From an uncultured Pseudomonadota bacterium (lineage in GTDB: Bacteria; Pseudomonadota; Alphaproteobacteria; RF32; CAG-239), in NCBI GenBank assembly GCA_949298065.1, contig CASFUZ010000014.1:5395-69394 (forward strand): DNA of 64,000 nucleotides. Direction: 5' to 3'. How positions within the stretch are numbered: position 1 is the first letter of the stretch; each line of letters starts with the position of its first letter. The notes under the pieces are model-generated. The model saw nothing but the letters and a program-made list of their open reading frames with translations, made no database searches and was not told the DNA's origin. Both the position numbers and the translations under genes were made by a program. Below, one piece after another: positions 28,463-37,138 of the stretch.

Positions 28463-28494
28463 TTTATATCTGACTGAATTTATATCTGACTGAA
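28463..28494. repeat. perfect 16-bp tandem repeat x2 just upstream of the SNF2-like gene
   Basis: TTTATATCTGACTGAA TTTATATCTGACTGAA. Confidence 0.9.
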
Positions 28495-28697
28495 TATAGA
28501 ATATAAACAAAGTTTATTGTATATCAAGCCTTTCATATTTTCTAGCTGTAGCTTATATTTGTTAACAACTTACGCATTTTTACATGCATATATTTTTATC
28601 CCTTACAAAAAAACTGGATTTTTATAACAAAATCAATTATATATAGTAATATTATAACGGCAAGAGCCAAAAAAATTCATCAGGAGGAATTGGCCGA

Positions 28698-29297
28698 ATG
28701 ACTGATAACACCATTACTTGCACAAATTTTTATTCTTTGGAAGAAAACATTATCCATAACTTCACATCCAACAAAAAAGCTGAAATATTAGCACATACCC
28801 TAAAAGTTAAAGACAATGCGCTAGCCTTGGCTAAAAGATTTGTTATAGACTATGAACAAGCCAAAACGGCCGCACTTTTGCATGACATCAGCACACTTAT
28901 CCCTATTGAACATTATATTCCGATGGCAGAAGCTCTTGATTTAGAAATTTTTGCTGTAGAACGTGAAAACCCATATCTTCTTCATCAAAGAATATCTCGC
29001 ATTGTTGCGGTTGAAACATTTAATATTGTAGATAAAGAAGTTCTCAATGCCATCAACTGCCATACAACTCTGCGCAAAAATGCCACCAACTTAGATAAAC
29101 TTCTCTTCTTAGCCGACAAATTAAGTTGGGATAGCAAAGATACTCCGGCTTATATGCCTTTAGTAAAAAAAGCTGCAGAGGTTTCCTTAAATAATGCCAT
29201 CAAATGTTATTTTGAAAATCTGATGCTTAATAAAGATAAAATTAAAACCCCTCACCCTTGGCTTTTGGAAGCTTGGGAAGAAATTCATAACACATAG
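28698..29297 (+). CDS. YqeK-like HD-domain hydrolase (putative Ap4A hydrolase)
   Basis: AHT..V, AALLHDI, LLHQ, AINCHTT, LFLADK; AGGAGG RBS. Confidence 0.85.
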   Translation: MTDNTITCTNFYSLEENIIHNFTSNKKAEILAHTLKVKDNALALAKRFVIDYEQAKTAALLHDISTLIPIEHYIPMAEALDLEIFAVERENPYLLHQRISRIVAVETFNIVDKEVLNAINCHTTLRKNATNLDKLLFLADKLSWDSKDTPAYMPLVKKAAEVSLNNAIKCYFENLMLNKDKIKTPHPWLLEAWEEIHNT

Positions 29298-29324
29298 TCT
29301 CTTTCAAAATTCCGACAGCAATAA

Positions 29325-29432
29325 CCAAATTTCCCATTCTTCTTCTGAAAATCACGATTAATGCGGAAAGTTGTAGGCACTTAGGATTTTGAAAATTTTA
29401 AACGCCCAAATTTCCCATTAAGCGTGATTTTC
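29325..29432. repeat. imperfect palindromic element (arms of about 30 bp) with an upstream copy of the right arm
   Basis: GAAAATCACGATTAATGCGGAAAGTTG (from 29347) pairs with CAAATTTCCCATTAAGCGTGATTTTC (to 29432); CCAAATTTCCCATT occurs at 29325 and 29406. Confidence 0.75.
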
Positions 29433-30839
29433 CTAGAAGCGGAAATAAATAAACGGATTATACGTTGACGATGCAAGAGATATGGTAGACCAATAAAAAA
29501 GGATAAAAATCCAAATATTAATGATACTACGCAATACCTTATGCTCATATTTTACGTAAAGCATATTTTTAAATATCGGTGCAGAACAAATAATTCCCAA
29601 AACCAACATTAAAATAAACTTATTATTGATACCAAAATCTACTTCTGTCAGAACTTCCGGTTGATTTAGCATAAACATCTGTTGTAAATAATCCCAAGCA
29701 TAATCCATATTAATGGAGCGAAAAGCCACCAGTCCCAAAACAAAGACAAGCATCGCATAGACATGCCTCAATGCTGATATATACTTACTTTCATCTTTAG
29801 GCTTGTGCCAACCGACAAACTTTTCAAAACAAATAAAGATAGCGTTCCAAACACCCCATAATACGAATGTCCAACTTGCTCCATGCCAAACACCGGTAAC
29901 TAAAAAGACCACAAACAAATTGACATAAGTACGCACCGGCGAAACCCTGTTTCCGCCAAGGGGAATATATAAATATTGTTTAAACCACGTTGCCAAAGAG
30001 ATATGCCATCTCTGCCAAAACTCAGAAATAGATTTGGAAATATAGGGATAATTAAAGTTTTCTAAAAACCGAAAGCCAAACATCCGCCCCAAACCAATAG
30101 CCATATCCGAATATCCAGAGAAGTCAAAATAAAGCTGAATAGCATAAGCAATAATTCCGAGCCAAGCATAGCCAAAGCCCAAAGTTTCTGGCTGTTGCAT
30201 AAAGATTCTATCAACCACAACAGCCAAAGTATTAGCTATCAAAACTTTTTTAGCCAAGCCGATAATAAAGCGTTTTAAGCCAAAAGAAACATCGGCAAAA
30301 GTAACTTTTCTGTCATCAATTTGCTCGCAAACATCATGATACTTAACAATCGGTCCGGCAACAAGCTGCGGAAAAAGAACAATATAAAGAGCCAATTTGT
30401 TAATATCGTCCTGAGCCTCAACTTCCCGACGATAAACATCTATCAAATAAGATATGGCTTGAAAGGTATAAAAAGAAATACCAATCGGCATAACCACATC
30501 AATAAAGTCAAGATTAAGCTGTAAAACCGCATTAACATTATCAACGATAAAATTAAAATACTTAAAATAAACCAGGAAACCCAAATCAACCAAAATCGTA
30601 GCTGCCATCGCCAATTTGCGTTTTTTATCATCCAAACATCTATCTACGATTCTGGCCCCCACATAAGTAACAACGATTGTCATAATCATAATTGCCAAAT
30701 ATCTGGGCTCGCCCCAAGCATAAAAGATAATGCTCGCCGCTAACAAGACATAATTTCTGATATCTTTTTTAGAGAGCAAATAAATGCTCATCACCACCGG
30801 CATAAACACAAACAAAAATGTCATAGAACTAAAAAGCAT
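29433..30839 (-). CDS. MBOAT family O-acyltransferase (second copy)
   Basis: MPIGISFYTFQ, FPQLVAGPI, FDFSGYSDMAIG, FWQRWHISL, GVWHGASW, NPFIYFRF end shared with the first copy. Confidence 0.95.
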   Translation of the reverse strand: MLFSSMTFLFVFMPVVMSIYLLSKKDIRNYVLLAASIIFYAWGEPRYLAIMIMTIVVTYVGARIVDRCLDDKKRKLAMAATILVDLGFLVYFKYFNFIVDNVNAVLQLNLDFIDVVMPIGISFYTFQAISYLIDVYRREVEAQDDINKLALYIVLFPQLVAGPIVKYHDVCEQIDDRKVTFADVSFGLKRFIIGLAKKVLIANTLAVVVDRIFMQQPETLGFGYAWLGIIAYAIQLYFDFSGYSDMAIGLGRMFGFRFLENFNYPYISKSISEFWQRWHISLATWFKQYLYIPLGGNRVSPVRTYVNLFVVFLVTGVWHGASWTFVLWGVWNAIFICFEKFVGWHKPKDESKYISALRHVYAMLVFVLGLVAFRSINMDYAWDYLQQMFMLNQPEVLTEVDFGINNKFILMLVLGIICSAPIFKNMLYVKYEHKVLRSIINIWIFILFYWSTISLASSTYNPFIYFRF

Positions 30840-30850
30840 TTATTTTTCCT

Positions 30851-32176
30851 TTACTCTTCCGGAGCCTCAATTTTCATCAGACGATTAAGAAAACGCTCGC
30901 CGGTTGCAATAACCAACATATTTGGCGCAAAATTTTCAATATCTTCAGCCATATAGGGAATATCAAAATTTTTTCCATAACCGACATAAATATGCTGCAT
31001 TTCTTTAAAGCTTTCAGCCACATACCAATTCATCCGCAAGAACTGGCTATCTGCGTAAAAAATGGCCTTCAGTTTATTTGCGGGATTATCACTCACAAAG
31101 TCAAAAGTCTCAATCCGCAACTTTTTGTTTACGAACTCATGTTTTACAGCCGTCGTTTGCCTTTTTAAAGAAAAGACATCATAAGTCATATCTTCTTTAG
31201 GGAAGGTTGTTTTTGCATCAATTCCCAAAGCATTGGCAATATCCTCATCGGCACTAAACTGCGGTTCTATATTAAAATCAGCTTCTTTTAAAATCTTAAG
31301 CGACGGAAAATCTTTTTTAAGCATCTTCATCATCTCAAGATATGCAACATAAGCCCCACGATGGTTCCAATGTGTTCCTGTTTTATAATAAAGCAAATGG
31401 TCTTTTTTAGCCTTTTCCAAAGCCTTAATTGGATAAACCACCGGAATATCCGTCTCATTTTTCAAAAATTCATAAGCTTGTTCAATTTTAGCTTGTTCAT
31501 TGACTTTGACATAGCCATCGGGATAAAATTCACCATAAACACGTTCTTTATCCGGCACCAACATCAAATAGAGTTTAATATTTCTTTTTGCCAACCAAGA
31601 CTGCAGATTTTCCAAACGATATTTAATTTTAGAAAGTTCCTCATCATCAAACAAATACTTGTTACGGAACATATCTTCGGAGTTCCACCTTTTGGTAAAC
31701 AACCAATTTTCTTTGCCGGCCATGGCATCAAAATTCTTCAACTCATTATTAATTAGCAAATCAATCATCTTGCTGTTTTTAATAAACTGACGCCGACCAA
31801 AGAAACGATCATTAAACCAGTTTTCAAAATCCTTACCAAAATTATAATTTACTAACCCTGTTTCATCATCAATAAGCGGCACATATTTAGCCAAAGACCT
31901 ATTTTCCTGTACCGAAATTTCATCACGGTTAATATGCAAAATCGGCACAAACATAAAAGCCACAACACAAACCACAAAAACAATATCTATACGCGAATTA
32001 TTTTCAACAATCTTAAAACGCGCCAAATATTGCACCAACTTATAGCAAATCATATAAGAAAGTGTGATGATGATGATAAAAAGTTTATAATCAAAACCGA
32101 CATCTGTCAGATAAAGCCGATGTCCCCACAAGGTAAGCAACAGCGTCAGGATAATACTTATAATTAAACGTCGCAT
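30851..32176 (-). CDS. AlgJ/AlgX-type periplasmic protein (second copy)
   Basis: 3 N-terminal TMs, ENRSLA, FNDRFFGR, GKENWLF, PDKERVY, THWN, ADS, ERFL. Confidence 0.82.
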   Translation of the reverse strand: MRRLIISIILTLLLTLWGHRLYLTDVGFDYKLFIIIITLSYMICYKLVQYLARFKIVENNSRIDIVFVVCVVAFMFVPILHINRDEISVQENRSLAKYVPLIDDETGLVNYNFGKDFENWFNDRFFGRRQFIKNSKMIDLLINNELKNFDAMAGKENWLFTKRWNSEDMFRNKYLFDDEELSKIKYRLENLQSWLAKRNIKLYLMLVPDKERVYGEFYPDGYVKVNEQAKIEQAYEFLKNETDIPVVYPIKALEKAKKDHLLYYKTGTHWNHRGAYVAYLEMMKMLKKDFPSLKILKEADFNIEPQFSADEDIANALGIDAKTTFPKEDMTYDVFSLKRQTTAVKHEFVNKKLRIETFDFVSDNPANKLKAIFYADSQFLRMNWYVAESFKEMQHIYVGYGKNFDIPYMAEDIENFAPNMLVIATGERFLNRLMKIEAPEE

Positions 32177-32267
32177 TCAAAAAATCCACAAGTTAACTTT
32201 GTTTTTGAAGTTAGATATAAAAACTCTGCTTGTCAACCACACATTCACTTAGGTGTGAACAATACAA

Positions 32268-33209
32268 CTACATATCGCACAAATAAGCTTTTATTTCCTG
32301 ATAAACAGCCTCATTGAGCTGTGATCCGAAATGCCCTCGCCCCGGCACAATCACAAACTTTGACTTTGGAAGTTTCTTATGCAGATTATAAGCGGATTGT
32401 ATCGGACAAACCATATCCAAACGATTATGAACCATCAGCACCGGAATATGGGCAATTTTTTGAACATTTTTTGCAATCTGATTTTCAGCCAAGAAATAAC
32501 GTTTACTCAAATAGGTTAAAGAGATTCTGATTTCCGCCAAATCTTCGGGAGACAATTCTTTGTAGCCGAGTTTAGGATTAACCGCGCCCAAACAGCGTTC
32601 ATAACTTCCGGCCAAGTTCGCGGCTTTAACCTGTTTCATAATATCATCCGAATTGATTAAATCAGCATAATATTCCAACACCGGCTCACCTTTTTTGACT
32701 TCCTTTTCAATTTTTTCCCAAATATCGGGATAAAACAAGCGGCTGGTTTCCACATTCCAATTTTGCCCAATCTCATCAGCCAAATAGATTTGCGAAACCA
32801 AAATTTTCTCCACTCTTTCAGGATATTTTTCAGCAAAAAGCAAAGCCAGTGTAGATCCCCAAGAAGCCCCGCGAAGAATAATTTTGCCATCAACATTCAA
32901 ATAATCCAAAAGCCTTACGGCATCATCAATCAAAGCTTCGGTATTATTATTTTTCATCTCGCCTAAAGGAAGGGACTTTCCGCAGCCTCTTTGGTCAAAC
33001 AAAATCACTCTGTGCTTTTTTCGGTCAAAAGGAAGGGCATAGCGCAAATTCATACCGCCGCCGGGACCTCCATGAAAAACCAACACAGGCGTACCATTCG
33101 GATTACCCATCTCCACAAAATATATCTGATGCCCGTCAAACTCAGGTAAATATCCCTGGTTAAAAATTTTCGGTGCCCAAATCTTACGCCATATGTTTTT
33201 TAACTTCAT
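32268..33209 (-). CDS. pip: proline iminopeptidase-like alpha/beta hydrolase
   Basis: HGGPGGG, DQRGCGKS, GASWGS nucleophile, DMVCP, GH. Confidence 0.85.
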   Translation of the reverse strand: MKLKNIWRKIWAPKIFNQGYLPEFDGHQIYFVEMGNPNGTPVLVFHGGPGGGMNLRYALPFDRKKHRVILFDQRGCGKSLPLGEMKNNNTEALIDDAVRLLDYLNVDGKIILRGASWGSTLALLFAEKYPERVEKILVSQIYLADEIGQNWNVETSRLFYPDIWEKIEKEVKKGEPVLEYYADLINSDDIMKQVKAANLAGSYERCLGAVNPKLGYKELSPEDLAEIRISLTYLSKRYFLAENQIAKNVQKIAHIPVLMVHNRLDMVCPIQSAYNLHKKLPKSKFVIVPGRGHFGSQLNEAVYQEIKAYLCDM

Positions 33210-33216
33210 ATTCACC

Positions 33217-34815
33217 TCATAAAAAGTGTGTTTCTTTTATTGTTCTTTCAAGAGCTTTTTCTAAAGAAAACTTTGGATTATATCCCAATAATTTTTTAGC
33301 TTTAGATATATTTGCCACCTTTCTTTTAACATGAACCGCACTGGAGGACAAAAACTCTACTTCAATTTTCTTATCCAAAATTTTTTCCAAAAGCTTAAGC
33401 AATTTTCCAAGACAAACGGCTTTACCACTCGCTAAATTGAAGACATCAAATTTTTTCGGATATTTCCAAGCTTTTTCTATACCATCAACAACATCATCAA
33501 TATAAACAAAATCTCTTTTATCTTTTTCGCCATAATGTAGCTGAACTTTTGTATGATTTCGTACCGAATTTAATAAATTTCCGATAACACCGTCCGAAAA
33601 TTGCCCTGGTCCGAACACATTAAAAAAGCGCAGGCAAATTGCCGATAAACCATATAACTTGGTATAAGTATATATTAATGTTTCAGCAGCAGATTTAACG
33701 GCACCTTCCAAAGAGCACGGTCTTGAAGCACTACATTTTTCACTAAAAGTCCAACGTTTATCTTTGCCGTACACAGCTGCCGATGATCCCAAAATCAACT
33801 TTTTAGCCTTAAACTTCCGCATATTTTCCAAAACATTAAATATGCCCTCAAGTTCTTCTTTAACATCTGTTGTTTTTTGCGTAGCTCTCACCTTTTCTTG
33901 AAAATAAAAAACAACATCCGGCTTATTTTCTAAAAAAACTTTTTCCAAAAACTCATTATTAAAAACATTTCCTTGATAAAACTTATAATTTTTATTGCTT
34001 TCGTTTTGGGCAAGATTTTGTTTTTTCAAACCGGCATCAAAAACACCATCAAAATCATCAATAACCACAACCCTTGAATTTAACTGCAACATTCTTTCTG
34101 TGACGGCAGCACCAACAAAACCACAACCGCCGACAATCAAAACTTTTGGATTATGCGGATAAATAGCAAAATCAGGAGATGGACAACGAGCATTTTTTAC
34201 AAAAAGATTCTTTACATCATAACCATTTTTCCAAAGTACATAAGTAAAACTCAGCTGATCTCTTTTACTAAAATCTCTAACAAAGCTCCACCACATATCC
34301 ATAGTTTTCATAATTTCGGGTTTAAGATGTTTCCGATAAAGAACATTTGTTTCAGCGAGCCCCCATTTTTTAGGAAATCCGTCATCTTCAAGCAATTTTT
34401 CTTGGTGTCTGATAACATCAACATCATCATACCCAAGCTTTTCAACTTCTGCAAATTCATCATAAATACAATCTCGGCAAAAATGTACCGGCACTAAAAT
34501 ATCCGTTTTTCTTTTTAAAATTTGTTCAAAAATATACGAGCTTAAAATATTGACATTACTATCACACCATATACTCTGCTCATATTCAGGAAAAAGCTTG
34601 TGTGGATTAATTTTATGATAACGACTATTTCTGGTATTATCTCTTTCTTGAAAAGCCAGTGGTCTTATTTTCCAAACACCAACATTTTTTTGAGCCACCA
34701 AATTTTCATCATCGGTAAAACACACATAATCCCAATTTTCATCAACATACACAGGCTGTCTAAGTGTATCATAATTACCGGTTAAACAAGTATAAACAAC
34801 CCCAAGCTGAACCAT
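33217..34815 (-). CDS. fusion of a DUF616 glycosyltransferase-like domain and an NAD-dependent epimerase-like (SDR) domain
   Basis: N-terminal VYTCLTGNYD, YVCFTD, SIWCDSN, RDCIYDE, RDQLSF; C-terminal GGCGFVG, SSAAVYG, LRFFNVFGP, RDFVYIDDV. Confidence 0.85.
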   Translation of the reverse strand: MVQLGVVYTCLTGNYDTLRQPVYVDENWDYVCFTDDENLVAQKNVGVWKIRPLAFQERDNTRNSRYHKINPHKLFPEYEQSIWCDSNVNILSSYIFEQILKRKTDILVPVHFCRDCIYDEFAEVEKLGYDDVDVIRHQEKLLEDDGFPKKWGLAETNVLYRKHLKPEIMKTMDMWWSFVRDFSKRDQLSFTYVLWKNGYDVKNLFVKNARCPSPDFAIYPHNPKVLIVGGCGFVGAAVTERMLQLNSRVVVIDDFDGVFDAGLKKQNLAQNESNKNYKFYQGNVFNNEFLEKVFLENKPDVVFYFQEKVRATQKTTDVKEELEGIFNVLENMRKFKAKKLILGSSAAVYGKDKRWTFSEKCSASRPCSLEGAVKSAAETLIYTYTKLYGLSAICLRFFNVFGPGQFSDGVIGNLLNSVRNHTKVQLHYGEKDKRDFVYIDDVVDGIEKAWKYPKKFDVFNLASGKAVCLGKLLKLLEKILDKKIEVEFLSSSAVHVKRKVANISKAKKLLGYNPKFSLEKALERTIKETHFL

Positions 34816-34971
34816 AGTTACAGTCCTTAAAAAATTTTCAACTTAATTTAAAGTATACAACGCTTTTATATTAGTCAACCAACATTAAAAATAAAATAAA
34901 TTTTGTTTGCCGAATTTTTACCTTTAAGTCATAATATGACCATATTAAATAAATTAAATATAGAGAAATTT

Positions 34972-36156
34972 ATGAGTTCAGAAATTTGCTTGCATAATGC
35001 CACGGTTCTAACCGGTTATTCGGTTATGAAAAACTGTGCGGTTTTAATCAAAAGTTACAAAATCATAGATGTTTTCAATGAGGCCAGATTCGCCACCAAA
35101 CAATTCAAAGATGACGTAAAGTTCATAGACCTCAAAGGTGCATACATCGCCCCCGGCTATATGGACACCCACATCCACGGCATTGAAGGACACGGCACGG
35201 ATGACCAATCCACCGATTCTATTTTAAAGATGTCTGAATCTCTGACCAAATACGGTGTAACCTCCTTCATCCCGACCTTATATTCTTCTCCTAAAGAAAA
35301 GATGCTAAAAGACATTAAAGCAATCACAGCAGCTATAGGCAAAGAAAAAGGCGCGAAGATTCTCGGTCTTCATCTGGAGGGACCTTTTATCTCTCCTGAA
35401 CGTTTAGGCGTTCAAACGCCGGATTCTTTAAGCCCTGTTGACTTGAACCTGATGGAAGAATTATGGAAAGCCTCAAAAGGCAAAATTATTAATATGACGG
35501 TTGCACCGGAACTTAAAGGCATGAGAGAACTTTCGCTATATTGCATCGGCAAAGGTATTGTCCTGCAAGCCGGACATACCAATGCAAACTATAATCAGAT
35601 GGTTGAAGGCATGCAGGTACGTATTTTGCACGTAACCCACTTGTTTAATGCCATGAGCCGCATGCACCACCGCGACCCAAATGCAGTAGGTGCAGTCTTT
35701 ATACATCCTGAAATCTCCTGTGAGATTATTGCCGACGGCATTCATATTAACCCGAACCTGATTAAATTTTTACTCAGATGTAAACCGATAGATAAATTGG
35801 TACTGGTAACAGATTCGCTCAAACCGACCAAACAAAAAGAATTGCCCCTAATGGCAAACGGCGAAGAAGTATATTTAGACGGCTGTTTTTATCGCAAATC
35901 AGACAATGTTATTGCCGGCTCGGCACTCACGATGAGTGATGGTGTCAAAAACTTAGTTTCTTTTGGCATTAGCTTAGACCAAGCTATCCAAATGGCTTCC
36001 ACCAATCCGGCCAATATTATGAGACAAGAACATTTAGGGCTCATCGCCCCCGGCTATGATGCCGATTTGGTTGTTTTAGACCAAGACCTCAACCCGCTAT
36101 ATACCATCGTCAAAGGCGAATTTTTCAAAGAAGGAGAAAAACTATGCGCGTTATAA
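34972..36156 (+). CDS. nagA: N-acetylglucosamine-6-phosphate deacetylase
   Basis: [45 protein letters not shown]. Confidence 0.95.
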   Translation: MSSEICLHNATVLTGYSVMKNCAVLIKSYKIIDVFNEARFATKQFKDDVKFIDLKGAYIAPGYMDTHIHGIEGHGTDDQSTDSILKMSESLTKYGVTSFIPTLYSSPKEKMLKDIKAITAAIGKEKGAKILGLHLEGPFISPERLGVQTPDSLSPVDLNLMEELWKASKGKIINMTVAPELKGMRELSLYCIGKGIVLQAGHTNANYNQMVEGMQVRILHVTHLFNAMSRMHHRDPNAVGAVFIHPEISCEIIADGIHINPNLIKFLLRCKPIDKLVLVTDSLKPTKQKELPLMANGEEVYLDGCFYRKSDNVIAGSALTMSDGVKNLVSFGISLDQAIQMASTNPANIMRQEHLGLIAPGYDADLVVLDQDLNPLYTIVKGEFFKEGEKLCAL

Positions 36157-36947
36157 TCAGACCGGACTACGACAAATGCTCCGTTTGGGCAGCAAATTAT
36201 ATTGCTTATAAAATAAATGGTTTTCGCCCAACCGCTGATAGGCCTTTTGTTCTTGGCTTACCGACAGGTTCCACGCCACTCGGAACTTATAAAGAGCTGA
36301 TAAAGCTTCATCAAGCCGGCAAACTCTCCTTTGAAAATGTCATTACTTTTAATATGGATGAATACATCGGCTTAGATGAAAATCATCCGCAAAGCTACCA
36401 TTATTTTATGTGGGAAAACTTTTTCAAACATATCAATATCAAAAAAGAAAATGTCCATATGCTTAATGGTATGACCAAAGATTATGCCAAAGAGTGCCGC
36501 GAATATGAAGAACAAATCAAAGCTTGCGGCGGCATTAAGTTGTTTTTGGGTGGCGTTGGCTCGGATGGACATATTGCCTTCAACGAACCGGGCTCATCCC
36601 TAACCTCTCGCACAAGGGTCAAAACCTTAACCACAGAAACCATACAAGCAAATTCACGCTTCTTTGACAACGACATCAATCAAGTTCCGAGAACGGCTTT
36701 AACCGTTGGCGTTGGTACAATTTGTGATGCGGAAGAAGTCATGATTTTAGCAACCGGAACCAACAAAGCAAGAGCTTTGCACCACGCCATTGAAGGAAGC
36801 ATTAACCATATGTGGACCATCAGTATTTTACAAATGCATCAACACGCCATCATTGTTTGCGATGATGAAGCCACCAAAGAACTCAAAGCTGATACGGTCA
36901 AATATTTCAAAGACATTGAACAAAGCAACTTCGTCAATGTGAAATAA
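36144..36947 (+). CDS. nagB: glucosamine-6-phosphate deaminase
   Basis: [41 protein letters not shown]. Confidence 0.97.
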   Translation: MRVIIRPDYDKCSVWAANYIAYKINGFRPTADRPFVLGLPTGSTPLGTYKELIKLHQAGKLSFENVITFNMDEYIGLDENHPQSYHYFMWENFFKHINIKKENVHMLNGMTKDYAKECREYEEQIKACGGIKLFLGGVGSDGHIAFNEPGSSLTSRTRVKTLTTETIQANSRFFDNDINQVPRTALTVGVGTICDAEEVMILATGTNKARALHHAIEGSINHMWTISILQMHQHAIIVCDDEATKELKADTVKYFKDIEQSNFVNVK

Positions 36948-36954
36948 CTAAAAG

Positions 36955-36983
36955 AAAAAGCCTCCAAAAATTGGAGGCTTTTT
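36955..36983. terminator. intrinsic terminator
   Basis: AAAAAGCCTCCAA-AAA-TTGGAGGCTTTTT. Confidence 0.85.
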
Positions 36984-36990
36984 AATACTA

Positions 36991-37138
36991 TATTAGTTAC
37001 CCATTCCTGTAAAAACTCGGAGAATGCGGTAAATAATAAGAAACAAGGGGAAAATTTTTTGAGTGTACAAGAAGTACATTACTAAAAATTTTACCCTGCA
37101 GTTTCTGTATTAGTTACCCACTATACAAGCTTTTTCTA
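36991..37138. mobile_element. palindromic MITE/RPE-like element of about 130 bp with an upstream right-arm fragment
   Basis: Long imperfect hairpin centred on GTGTAC-AAGAA-GTACAT; TATTAGTTACCCA at 36991 and 37108; arms align with 45791-46018. Confidence 0.7.
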
